From the NCBI GenBank assembly GCA_029776205.1, contig JAKOTQ010000096.1:101771-133770 (forward strand): 32,000 nt of DNA. The letters are read 5' to 3'. Made by a program: the position numbers and the translations under genes. The stretch is from Bacillota bacterium. Its GTDB lineage: Bacteria > Bacillota > UBA4882 > UBA8346. The notes beneath the pieces were generated by a model. The model was not told the DNA's origin, ran no database searches, and saw only the letters and a list, made by a program, of their open reading frames with translations. Shown here in pieces: positions 7,362 through 16,114 of this stretch (its first letter is position 1; every line of letters begins with the position of its first letter).

Positions 7362-8729
7362 TTAGAAACGAAAAGTTAAAGCACCTGTTACCACCGGATC
7401 GTCAAAATCCAATAATTGATAAGCGAGCCAAAATGTAACCCACTTATCATATTCCAATCCGATCGAGGTTGTACTGATCAATCCGGAATTCACTCTGGAA
7501 TTGACAAAAGATTGATAGGTTAACAACGTCCAATATCCATTCACCTGATGACTAATACCGGCGCTTGCTTTGGTATCGGACGGTAAAAAACTTTCAAACA
7601 AAGCTTTGTCTCCGGATTCCCGGTAAATCAAGTCAAGTCCGCCATAAACTGATGTTTGAGAGTTAATGGCCAAGGACCCGTGAATATTAATTTGTAAAGA
7701 TTCCAAAGAACTATTGGTAATTCGGTCCAAATCAACTGCACCCGAAGGTTGGGCTTGAGGTAAGGTATAAAAAGGCAGCCCAAAATCGATGGTTTCAAAA
7801 TTGGTTACCGCCGGTGTTTGCGAAAAGAGCAAAAGTCCACCCACTTTTAACCCATGTTGAATATTTCCCAACAACGTCCTGGACTGCAAATTGGTTTCCT
7901 TGCGGATATATCCGCTCAAGGGAAGCATCCCTTCAAATCGCCATAAATGTTCAATTTGTTGAATTTGATTCACTTCATCCAACAAGCTAAGCACGGCGTC
8001 TTCCGACTGGACCAGTGAATTTGGAGCGTCTGCTTCCACCGGAAACAGGTAATACCCTTTGATTAGCTGTTCATCGGATACCGGAAGTTCACCGCGAATC
8101 ACCAAATATGAACGTTCTTCCCCAAGTTGCTCGGAAGAAAGCAGGTTCAGATTACTGACCGACCCTTCCAGCAACATCATATCTTGAGGATTGATAAATG
8201 AATCCGGAAGAAACACAAAAGATTTCCGTTTCCAGGATTGCAAATACTCTCCAAAATAATAAAAGGGCTCAAGCGGTGCATTTTTCAACTCTGCTTTTTT
8301 ATCTTTAAACAGTAAATCTAGATCCTGATATTCCCCTTCAGTATCAGCCACCGCTACATTGGGACTGATTTTGTTGATATCGGTGATTTTTATTCCCAAC
8401 GCCTCAAGCTCCACCCGAAACTCCGATATCAACCTTTGTAATGCCATTTCAACCGACAGTTCTGTCAAACTCAGGTGTTCATCATTGAGCTTAAAGGTTA
8501 TGATTTGCTTTATGTAATATGCAATTTCAAAACGGGATAAATAATTTCCTGATTGAACCCACTCATAGGGATAATTATCTAACAATCCTTCATGATAAAG
8601 AACTGATAATTCCTGATAAACCCATCGATCGACAAAAAAGACCTCAGGGGTTTGGGCCATGCAAAATCCAGTAAACAACAGGCACATAAACCCAATCAAC
8701 AGTGTCCGTCGAAACCTTCGTTTTCGCAA
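7362..8729 (-). CDS. OmpM-like outer-membrane protein (degenerate SLH-like N-domain, coiled-coil linker, beta-barrel)
   Basis: A signal peptide is present. An SLH-like segment follows (FVDRWVYQELSVLYHEGLLDNYP...YLSRFEIAYYIKQII), then a helical linker. The C-terminal region is beta-strand rich and ends ...GALTFRF (terminal Phe beta-signal). The architecture is as described for OmpM tethers of diderm Firmicutes. Confidence 0.5.
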   Translation of the reverse strand: MRKRRFRRTLLIGFMCLLFTGFCMAQTPEVFFVDRWVYQELSVLYHEGLLDNYPYEWVQSGNYLSRFEIAYYIKQIITFKLNDEHLSLTELSVEMALQRLISEFRVELEALGIKITDINKISPNVAVADTEGEYQDLDLLFKDKKAELKNAPLEPFYYFGEYLQSWKRKSFVFLPDSFINPQDMMLLEGSVSNLNLLSSEQLGEERSYLVIRGELPVSDEQLIKGYYLFPVEADAPNSLVQSEDAVLSLLDEVNQIQQIEHLWRFEGMLPLSGYIRKETNLQSRTLLGNIQHGLKVGGLLLFSQTPAVTNFETIDFGLPFYTLPQAQPSGAVDLDRITNSSLESLQINIHGSLAINSQTSVYGGLDLIYRESGDKALFESFLPSDTKASAGISHQVNGYWTLLTYQSFVNSRVNSGLISTTSIGLEYDKWVTFWLAYQLLDFDDPVVTGALTFRF

Positions 8730-8754
8730 CCTAACCCCCCCTTTCCCGGGTCTA

Positions 8755-9162
8755 CTACCTATGCTTACGTTTTGCCAAATACCGTTCAGCTAAAATAACC
8801 GCCACATAATCATCATAAGGCCGGTCCGGTGTCCGCAGTCCCAAGGGCAGCAATCGCTTTAAGCCTCTCGAATTTTCCCGCAAGTATCGCATCCGCCCTT
8901 CAATGCTCGACCGATCCTCATTCACCATTTCGATAGGCAACTGGAAATCTCTTAAAATTTTCCTATACACTTTGCTATGGGTCCGATCACCCAAAACAAT
9001 ACATTCGACGGCATATTTGGCAATGAGTTGTTCCACAGTGGTCCGAAGTTCCTCAAAGGCAATCACCTTTTGGGTTAACGGAATTCCTTCTTCATTCACC
9101 ACTGCCACACCGCATTTCTGATGTCCCGGATCAATGGCTAAAATATTAGACACTAAAGCCAC
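8755..9162 (-). CDS. YqgF/RuvX-like RNase H-fold (Holliday-junction-resolvase-like) protein
   Basis: 135 aa. The N-terminus ILAIDPGHQKCGVAVV resembles the RuvX/YqgF catalytic-Asp motif. An internal IVLGDRT motif is present. It is separated by 2 nt from the upstream DUF3084-like gene. Confidence 0.55.
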   Translation of the reverse strand: MALVSNILAIDPGHQKCGVAVVNEEGIPLTQKVIAFEELRTTVEQLIAKYAVECIVLGDRTHSKVYRKILRDFQLPIEMVNEDRSSIEGRMRYLRENSRGLKRLLPLGLRTPDRPYDDYVAVILAERYLAKRKHR

Positions 9163-9164
9163 TC

Positions 9165-10421
9165 CTACATTTTCTTCAGATCAAGTTTTACCTTAAATTG
9201 ATCGATCCGATAAATATCTCCATCAGCGATCAACCTGATTTTAAAGGTCGCCTCAGGATGAGCTTTAATTTCATTGATTAATTTAACCATTTCGGAAACA
9301 GATACCAAATCTTTTAAATCGTCACTGTCGACACCGCGTTCAATCGCCTTATGATTCGCCAGAATCAACAAGCTTAAAATGTGATCCCGAATCGTGGATT
9401 CCGCCGTTTTCCCTACAACTTGGGTTTCGGCGAGCACATCACCGTTTTTAAATACAACTTCATTGGGATAAACCTCAATCGTCGCCGTTACCGGTTCTTC
9501 AGCAACTGAATTTTTCTCAACAACCACACGAACCAATGCTTTCTGTTTCAACTCCGACAACTGGACGCATACTTCAGCCACTTTTCTCGGCGTAACACGT
9601 AAAGCATAATCGGCTTTTCCGGGAATCCGGGCACCGCGATTGACGGCAATTTTATTGGCTTCATTTAACATCGGCTCAACAACAGCTTCAAATACTTTAT
9701 CCGCTGATATTCCTGGCTCAACGACTTTTGACGTTAAGATCTCACCCACCAAAAAAAGCATCGGTTTGCTGATTAATGTCTGATTTTGATCACTTAAATT
9801 GCTTAATTGCATCAAACGGTTTTCCAAGTTTTCGATTTGCTGTGTATACCGGCTGATCTCTGCTTCTTTATTGATGATATCATTGGTCAAATCAACCCGG
9901 ATGCGGGAGAGATTGGTCACCCGTTCCTGATTAACCTTCAGTTCTTCCTGTTTGACTTGCAGCTCTTTTTCTTTTGCTGCCAATTCTTTCAGCTTCACTT
10001 CCAACTCTTTGGCAACTTTCTGCTGCTCAGTCCGGGTCTTTTCCAGTTGCTCTTCAATTTCTTCTTTTTGAGCCTGCAATTGAAGGTGCTTTTGGGATAA
10101 TCCGGTATATTCTTCCTCCTTTTTCACCATCTGTTTAGTAAGAATGTTTACTTTTTGGGTCGTTGCTTTAAGACTAATTTGAATATTGTGTAATTCGAAA
10201 ATAGCAGTCCGAACATATTCCGACATCAACGTTAAGATCAAAAGCGTCAGTCCGGCAATGAAAAATCCTGTCAATACGGTAATGATCATAGAGGTATATT
10301 TCGGGCGCAGGCCAAAAAGAGTCAGTCGTTTTTTGCCGACCTTCATCCCCACTCGGTCGCCTAATAACGCCAGACCGCCGCCAAATACTATAATAAGAAT
10401 AATGATAAAAAAGCCAAACAA
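9165..10421 (-). CDS. DUF3084-like membrane protein with long coiled coil
   Basis: 418 aa. There are two N-terminal TM helices. An approximately 130-residue E/K/Q/L-rich coiled coil follows (KEEEYTGLSQKHLQLQAQKEEIEEQLEKTRTEQQKVAKELEVKLKELAAKEKELQVKQEELK). A globular C-terminal domain completes the protein. The family assignment is from memory of the DUF3084 architecture. Confidence 0.55.
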   Translation of the reverse strand: MFGFFIIILIIVFGGGLALLGDRVGMKVGKKRLTLFGLRPKYTSMIITVLTGFFIAGLTLLILTLMSEYVRTAIFELHNIQISLKATTQKVNILTKQMVKKEEEYTGLSQKHLQLQAQKEEIEEQLEKTRTEQQKVAKELEVKLKELAAKEKELQVKQEELKVNQERVTNLSRIRVDLTNDIINKEAEISRYTQQIENLENRLMQLSNLSDQNQTLISKPMLFLVGEILTSKVVEPGISADKVFEAVVEPMLNEANKIAVNRGARIPGKADYALRVTPRKVAEVCVQLSELKQKALVRVVVEKNSVAEEPVTATIEVYPNEVVFKNGDVLAETQVVGKTAESTIRDHILSLLILANHKAIERGVDSDDLKDLVSVSEMVKLINEIKAHPEATFKIRLIADGDIYRIDQFKVKLDLKKM

Positions 10422-10432
10422 TTATTCCACTC

Positions 10433-11521
10433 CTAAATCTTAACGTTCACGGATAGATAAACCCCATAACCGGCCAATAAAATATTGGGAAGCCAAGCGC
10501 CGATCACGGGAGGAATCACTCCGGCACGAGCCATATAGGAACCGATCCCCATAAAGGAATACCATAACAAAATAAAAACAATACACAATCCGAACCCGGC
10601 TGCATTGGACCGGCGCTGCGGGCGCAGCGCAAGGGGTGCTCCCAGCCAGGCCAATATTAAAGCAGCAAAAGGAACGGCAAATTTGAGATGATAATCAACC
10701 AATAAACGCTGGCGCTCCGAACCTTTGGGATAATATTTATCTATAAATTCCCGTAACTCAGTGATGCTTTTCCGATCCGCATCCTCGGTGTCCTCATCGA
10801 TCTCTTTCGGAGTGATACTGAGATCATATTTGACAAATCCTTTTTTGACCGTAATTGGATAAAAACTCTCTTCACCAAGCTGATAAATCAAACCATCCCG
10901 GAAAAACCATCCCTGCCCGTCCCAGGACATCACTTCAGTGGTGATAACCCGGATCAACTTTTGATCTTCAAATTCTTCGATGGTTACCTGGTGCAACTCC
11001 TGAGTCTTGGAGTCAAACCGGGCTGCATAAACTCTTTTGTCGATCTGCCCGGTATCCGTGTCATAAAAATCTTTACTAAAGTTATAAAGCACTACGGACT
11101 TTTCAGCTTTGCTCGCTTCGCTTTTGACATTGTAATACGCTTTCAAGCCTAAAGGCACCAGGTATTGGTTCATTAAAACACCGCTAATGCTGACAACAGT
11201 TCCAATAATAATCACTGGCAGCACTAACCGGAAATAGTTGAGACCTCCAGACCGCATGGCAATAGTTTCGCTATGGCTGGTCAACTTGCCAAGGCCCAGT
11301 AAAGTCGCCATCAAAACGGCAATCGGCGCTGCCTGAACGATATACTCCGGCATCCGTGCAAACAACATTTGCAAAACATACCAAAAGGACAGATGATATC
11401 TCTCAGCATGCTTCAGGATGCTTAAGAAGGTCACCCCGGAAAACATGCTGGTAAAAGCGAACAGCGCAAAGAATAAAGGTCCCATAATTTCTTTGAGAAT
11501 ATATTTAGTCAGAATCTTCAA
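10433..11521 (-). CDS. LPS export ABC permease, LptF/LptG (YjgP/YjgQ) family
   Basis: 362 aa. It starts MKILTKYILKEI...GPLFF, typical of the LptF/G family. It has 3 TM helices, then an approximately 140-aa periplasmic jellyroll insert, then 3 more TM helices. It lies directly downstream of lptB. Confidence 0.85.
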   Translation of the reverse strand: MKILTKYILKEIMGPLFFALFAFTSMFSGVTFLSILKHAERYHLSFWYVLQMLFARMPEYIVQAAPIAVLMATLLGLGKLTSHSETIAMRSGGLNYFRLVLPVIIIGTVVSISGVLMNQYLVPLGLKAYYNVKSEASKAEKSVVLYNFSKDFYDTDTGQIDKRVYAARFDSKTQELHQVTIEEFEDQKLIRVITTEVMSWDGQGWFFRDGLIYQLGEESFYPITVKKGFVKYDLSITPKEIDEDTEDADRKSITELREFIDKYYPKGSERQRLLVDYHLKFAVPFAALILAWLGAPLALRPQRRSNAAGFGLCIVFILLWYSFMGIGSYMARAGVIPPVIGAWLPNILLAGYGVYLSVNVKI

Positions 11522-11559
11522 TAAAAGACCTCCCGACCGGATGCTTAGTGTGGTTCAAT

Positions 11560-12276
11560 TTACATGACAAAAGTTTCTCCCAGATAGAAACGGCGGGCGT
11601 TTTCATCATTGGCAATTTCTTTGGAACTTCCAGAAACCAGAATTTCACCGGAATACATAATATAAGCCCGGTCAGTGATCGCCAACGTTTCCCGGACACT
11701 ATGGTCTGTAATCAAAATACCCATCCCTTTATCCCGAAGTTGCCGGATAATTTCTTGAATATCCGCAATCGCAATCGGATCGATACCGGTAAAGGGTTCA
11801 TCCAGCAAAATAAAGCTTGGAGAAACGGCCAGCGCCCTGGCAATCTCTACCCGACGGCGTTCTCCCCCGGATAACATATACCCTAAGCTTTTACGCAAAT
11901 GGGTCAGGCGAAACTCCTCCAACAATTCATCGGTACGCTGTTTTTGTTCAGCCCGGGTGAGAGAAGTCAACTCCAGAATCGCTTTAATATTATCTTCAAC
12001 AGTCAATTTTCGAAAAATGGACGGCTCTTGGGCCAGATAACTTACACCATATTTTGACCGGTGATGCATTGGCAAAGCCGTCACATCATGACCGTTAATA
12101 TGAATTGAACCGGCATTACACCGTTCCAAACCGACAATCATATAAAAGGTTGTAGTTTTACCTGCACCATTCGGTCCCAGCAAACCGACAACCTCTCCCG
12201 GATTGACATCCAAATCGACACCTTTAACCACACGCCGTCCACCATATTCTTTAACCAATCCCCGGACAACAATCAT
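11560..12276 (-). CDS. lptB: LPS export ABC transporter ATP-binding protein LptB
   Basis: 238 aa. Motifs present: Walker [10 protein letters not shown], signature [15 protein letters not shown], Walker [13 protein letters not shown]. Also present is the characteristic LptB stretch [18 protein letters not shown]. Context is lptC-lptA-lptB. Confidence 0.92.
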   Translation of the reverse strand: MIVVRGLVKEYGGRRVVKGVDLDVNPGEVVGLLGPNGAGKTTTFYMIVGLERCNAGSIHINGHDVTALPMHHRSKYGVSYLAQEPSIFRKLTVEDNIKAILELTSLTRAEQKQRTDELLEEFRLTHLRKSLGYMLSGGERRRVEIARALAVSPSFILLDEPFTGIDPIAIADIQEIIRQLRDKGMGILITDHSVRETLAITDRAYIMYSGEILVSGSSKEIANDENARRFYLGETFVM

Positions 12277-12298
12277 GATTATTCTCCCATCAACTCAG

Positions 12299-13018
12299 TC
12301 AGTTATTTTCAGTTATTTTAGTTTTTAGTATTCCTTTGGCGGATACCTTTTTGGTTTTCAGATCATAAATAATTTCATTGGCTGATAGTTCATTTTTCCC
12401 ACGAATCACAACCGGATTATCCTGAAGATAAAACACTTCCTTTTGACGTTCGGCAATTAATCGACCGGCTTTAATGACCGTATCTTGATTTGCCCCATAA
12501 ACAGGGCCGATAAGAGTCATAATCCCCGATTTCAACTGGCCCTCTACTATCTTGCCTGTTATCTTCCAATCGTCATATTCAATTTGAGGGTCATTCATCA
12601 ATTTAAACCGATCATTGGCCCGGTCCCATTCCAAATACCCGCCTTGGGCACGTATAGAAGTATCTACCTGAATCATCACCTGTTCCTTGGCGATGATTAA
12701 ATTTTTATTGAGATCAAACGTTATTTCCGCTGATTGGACCTTGCGTTTTTCGGGAGTATTATTTTGGTAAATAACCACTCGCCCTCGGGCAACGATCATA
12801 CGTTGCGTATGGTGATATTCCAAATAATCAGCGAGTAATTGATAATCGCCCCAACGAGCTTCCACTTGCCGGGAAGAGGTTCCGTAATATTTCACCACAT
12901 TTTGGACGAGATCAAACTCACCGCCGCCCGGCGCTGTCAACTGAGGTTCTCCTGCCGCCCAGGCAATACCGGCCAATAAAAATAAACAAAGAATGAAAAG
13001 GAATATCTTTTTATTCAT
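12299..13018 (-). CDS. lptA: LptA/OstA-family periplasmic LPS transport protein
   Basis: 239 aa with a signal peptide and repeated OstA-like beta-jellyroll segments (...ADYLEYHHTQRMIVARGRVVIYQ..., ...ANEIIYDLKTKKVSAKG). It lies between lptC and lptB. Confidence 0.7.
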   Translation of the reverse strand: MNKKIFLFILCLFLLAGIAWAAGEPQLTAPGGGEFDLVQNVVKYYGTSSRQVEARWGDYQLLADYLEYHHTQRMIVARGRVVIYQNNTPEKRKVQSAEITFDLNKNLIIAKEQVMIQVDTSIRAQGGYLEWDRANDRFKLMNDPQIEYDDWKITGKIVEGQLKSGIMTLIGPVYGANQDTVIKAGRLIAERQKEVFYLQDNPVVIRGKNELSANEIIYDLKTKKVSAKGILKTKITENN

Positions 13019-13583
13019 CGGCAGGTCCCCTTTTTGAAATCACTTTAGTCATTCCTGAAAAAACAACCTTTTTAAAACCAGCAGACGTGATCAAGCCGTC
13101 CGTTTTTACCGTCATATCTTCCGTTTCCAAAACGACGTTACCCTGGGCCTTAATGGTTTCCTGACGAGAATCCCACGTGAGAAGATCAGCAACGATCCGT
13201 TTTCCTTCGTCATTTTTTAATTCAACCTTATTCTCAAAGGTCAGCTGTCGATTCTTCCAATGAATCTCGCCCTGACCTGCCGAAACAATATAGACGGGTT
13301 TTTGCTGAACAAGGTACTTCCCAGATATTTCGGTCATTTGTCCCACATCATTCAGACTGGTCAATTTAGCCAGCTTGAGTTCCCAAAAACTGTTGGGTTC
13401 CGAACCCGGGACCTTAATTGTCAAACCTTCAAATTCCGTCACATTTCTCGCTGAACCGGACTTTTTCTCCAGTTTGGACGGCTGATGCTGACGGAACAAC
13501 AGGAAAGACAGAACCGCTGCAACCAATGCTATTCCAATAAAAAAGAGCCATCGTTTTTTTGTAAAGTTCATCTTTCCTACCAT
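13011..13583 (-). CDS. lptC: LptC-like membrane-anchored LPS transport protein
   Basis: 190 aa with a single N-terminal TM helix (WLFFIGIALVAAVLSFLLF) and a beta-rich periplasmic domain (ADLLTWDSRQETIKAQGNVVLETEDMTVKTDGL). It overlaps lptA by 8 nt. The call rests on synteny and architecture. Confidence 0.6.
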   Translation of the reverse strand: MVGKMNFTKKRWLFFIGIALVAAVLSFLLFRQHQPSKLEKKSGSARNVTEFEGLTIKVPGSEPNSFWELKLAKLTSLNDVGQMTEISGKYLVQQKPVYIVSAGQGEIHWKNRQLTFENKVELKNDEGKRIVADLLTWDSRQETIKAQGNVVLETEDMTVKTDGLITSAGFKKVVFSGMTKVISKRGPADE

Positions 13584-13720
13584 CTCATTTTCTTTATCAA
13601 TTCGCCGATTTCCCTTTAAATCCTGCCAAACTCCATTGTCAGAGTTTATTAATAACGGAATTATTTTACTTAATTTTATGTTAACTTTTGACTTCCGTAA
13701 TGCTCATTTCCCGTCATTTC

Positions 13721-14539
13721 TTAATTTGCAAGAATATCGGAGGAAACAGCCACTATTTTGATACCGTTACTTTCCGCCATTTCCAATACAAATTCTTTCT
13801 CAGTCAGTAAGGTCTTTTCCGCCTCGACTGCCAAAATTGTCGCTTTAGCTTCAATCATCGATTCCAGAGTGCCCTTCCCAACGGTAGGAACATCAAAACG
13901 CTCGTCTTGCCGCGGTTTGCTGACCTTAACCACTACAGAACCGGGACCACCCAATTCCCCACCCCGGATAATCGCCCGGTCTGTTCCTTCAATAGCTTCC
14001 ACAGCCAGAACAACGCCATTTTTCACCACAACCGTCTGCCCTATATCCAAGTCCCCGCTGGCCTTTGCCATTCTAAATCCAAGTTTGACATCCTGATATT
14101 CGGCAGCCGTTAGTTCTCCCGTGATATTACCCGGTTTTACCAGCAATTCACGAAGATAATCCGTTTGCTTCAGAATTTGAATACCGTTGTCCTCAAAAGC
14201 GTCCACTACCGCTCCCAAAATCGCATCATCATTCTTCTGGGGCAAAGCATTAAGAAGCTTCATAAGCATCGCATCAAAGCCCCCGGTGAAAATGGCCTCT
14301 TTGCCAACCTTTCCGGCGAATACCGCCTTGGTGACCTGCTCTCTTCGGAAATAAGCAATCATCTCCCCCATATTGCCGGGAGCTATCTCCGTATAACGCG
14401 AAACCAGACCTGATAGTTCCGGCCTCACTTCGCCTTTCAACCCAATAACCACTGCTTCATCACCGCGATGGGCAATTTCTCTGACAACTTCGAACGGAAG
14501 GTTTCCCCGCCCGGCAATCAAACCGCATTTGTTGTTCAT
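13721..14539 (-). CDS. lpxI: UDP-2,3-diacylglucosamine pyrophosphatase LpxI (DUF1009 family)
   Basis: 272 aa. The N-terminus GLIAGRGNLPFEV is typical of DUF1009. The C-terminal domain contains GDLDIGQTVVVKNGVVLAVEAIEGTDRAI and KPRQDERFDVPTVG. It sits adjacent to lpxA. Confidence 0.8.
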   Translation of the reverse strand: MNNKCGLIAGRGNLPFEVVREIAHRGDEAVVIGLKGEVRPELSGLVSRYTEIAPGNMGEMIAYFRREQVTKAVFAGKVGKEAIFTGGFDAMLMKLLNALPQKNDDAILGAVVDAFEDNGIQILKQTDYLRELLVKPGNITGELTAAEYQDVKLGFRMAKASGDLDIGQTVVVKNGVVLAVEAIEGTDRAIIRGGELGGPGSVVVKVSKPRQDERFDVPTVGKGTLESMIEAKATILAVEAEKTLLTEKEFVLEMAESNGIKIVAVSSDILAN

Positions 14540-14570
14540 TCCTCACCATACACCCCTTAAGTAATAATCC

Positions 14571-14600
14571 ATTATACTCTTTCATCATTCATAGTTTACA
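14571..14600 (-). promoter_or_regulatory. Possible sigma-A promoter for the lpxI-lpt operon
   Basis: A perfect TATAAT is present on the minus strand (plus coordinates 14571-14576), about 32 nt before the lpxI ATG and just downstream of the lpxA terminator. The -35 is weak (tgtaaa/gtaaac). An RBS GGTGAGGA follows. Confidence 0.35.
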
Positions 14601-14614
14601 CAAAACATGATACG

Positions 14615-14643
14615 TAAAAAAGACTAGACCGACGTCTAGTCTT
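14615..14643 (-). terminator. Intrinsic terminator after lpxA
   Basis: A 9-bp perfect stem (agactagac/gtctagtct, 14621-14629 and 14634-14642) flanks a 4-nt loop. On the minus strand it is followed by tttttt (plus-strand A-run 14616-14621). It lies 20 nt after the lpxA stop. Confidence 0.65.
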
Positions 14644-14662
14644 TCCAATGCTATCAACCTGC

Positions 14663-15469
14663 TTATCGTAAGATTCCGCGTTCGGCATTTCGTACAAACC
14701 GGATAAAATGGTCAATTTCCGGACTGCTCTGAAGTTCCTGCTCCATCTGTTCGACAGCACGGGAAACAATCAGATTGGACCGATATAAGATTCGGTAAGC
14801 TTTTTTGATTTCGTCCCGTACTTCCGGCGGAATATTATTCCGGCGCAAACCAACCACGTTAATCCCGGAAACCTTGGCCGGATTGCCGTCAACCAAGATA
14901 AACGGCGGAATGTCTTTCACTATTTTGGAACAAGCCCCGATCATGGCCATTTTCCCGATTTTTGAAAATTGATGAACACCGGTTAAACCACTGATAATGG
15001 CCCGATCTTCAACCACAACATGCCCCGCTAAAGCCGAGCAGTTGCCAAGAATAATATGGTTGCCGATTTGGCAGTCATGCGCCACATGGGAATAAGCCAT
15101 AAATAAATTATTGCTCCCGATGCGGGTTTCTCCGCCGCCGCCTTCAGTACCACGGCTAATCGTCACATTTTCACGGAAAATGTTATTGTCGCCGATGAAC
15201 AAATAACTCTTCTCACCCTTAAATTTTAAATCCTGAGGTTCACAACCAATCGATCCGGAGTGATAAAATTTATTTCCCCGTCCAATCGTCGTCCAACCTT
15301 CAATCGTCACATGAGGACCCACTACACAATCATCGCCTAACTCGACGTTTTCACCAATAACCGCATAGGGGCCAATCACCACATTGCGCCCAAGTTTTGC
15401 ATTGGGATGAACAATTGCAGTTTCATGTATTTCCCGAAGAGTTACCACCTTAGATTCGACTAGTTTCAT
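14663..15469 (-). CDS. lpxA: Acyl-ACP--UDP-N-acetylglucosamine O-acyltransferase LpxA
   Basis: 268 aa. Starts ...IHETAIVHPNAKLG. Left-handed beta-helix hexapeptide repeats follow. The C-terminal helical domain is typical of LpxA (GLRRNNIPPEVRDEIKKAYRILYRS). Confidence 0.92.
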   Translation of the reverse strand: MKLVESKVVTLREIHETAIVHPNAKLGRNVVIGPYAVIGENVELGDDCVVGPHVTIEGWTTIGRGNKFYHSGSIGCEPQDLKFKGEKSYLFIGDNNIFRENVTISRGTEGGGGETRIGSNNLFMAYSHVAHDCQIGNHIILGNCSALAGHVVVEDRAIISGLTGVHQFSKIGKMAMIGACSKIVKDIPPFILVDGNPAKVSGINVVGLRRNNIPPEVRDEIKKAYRILYRSNLIVSRAVEQMEQELQSSPEIDHFIRFVRNAERGILR

Positions 15470-15656
15470 AAATACTAGGCCCCCTATCTATCCTCACTTA
15501 AAATAATGTAATAATGGTTTATTCTCACATCATAGTTTATTATCGGGCCTATGTTTGGTTCAACGGACAAGCATATAAACCCATTTTAGCCAAAATACTT
15601 TACTTTTCATAGATTTTCTTTCTTTTTCTTATTAATTTGCCTATTTTACGAATTTT

Positions 15657-16082
15657 TTATTCTCCCAGGATGAACATCATTTCAGCTTCAGCCGCTACTT
15701 GATTGTCGACTTTGGCCCATCCCTTGACGCGGCCGACATTTCCCTTTATACGCAGCACTTCGACTTCAATAATAATCTGATCACCGGGAACCACCGATCG
15801 ACGAAAACGCGCATTGTCAATGCCGGTAAAATATGGCACTTTCCCTCGATGTTCATCTTGGGATAACACGACCAATCCAGCTGCCTGAGCCATGCTTTCA
15901 ATGATTAAAACCCCGGGCATCACCGGTTTTGCCGGAAAATGCCCATTAAAATAACTTTCATTGGCTGTAACGTTTTTCAAAGCAACAATCCGTTGCTTCG
16001 GCACAATCTCCAATACCCGGTCGATTAACAAAAAGGGATATCTATGAGGGAGCATGGATTTAATATCATTGATATCATACAT
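15657..16082 (-). CDS. fabZ: 3-hydroxyacyl-ACP dehydratase FabZ
   Basis: Starts MYDINDIKSMLPHRYPFLLIDRV... and contains FNGHFP..PVMPGVLIIE. The ATG at 16082 has a GGAGG upstream and gives a B. subtilis-like N-terminus. The ORF-track start at 16112 has no SD. Confidence 0.92.
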   Translation of the reverse strand: MYDINDIKSMLPHRYPFLLIDRVLEIVPKQRIVALKNVTANESYFNGHFPAKPVMPGVLIIESMAQAAGLVVLSQDEHRGKVPYFTGIDNARFRRSVVPGDQIIIEVEVLRIKGNVGRVKGWAKVDNQVAAEAEMMFILGE

Positions 16083-16114
16083 GGGAAAACAGCCTCCTAG
16101 TTTATAGTTCATCG

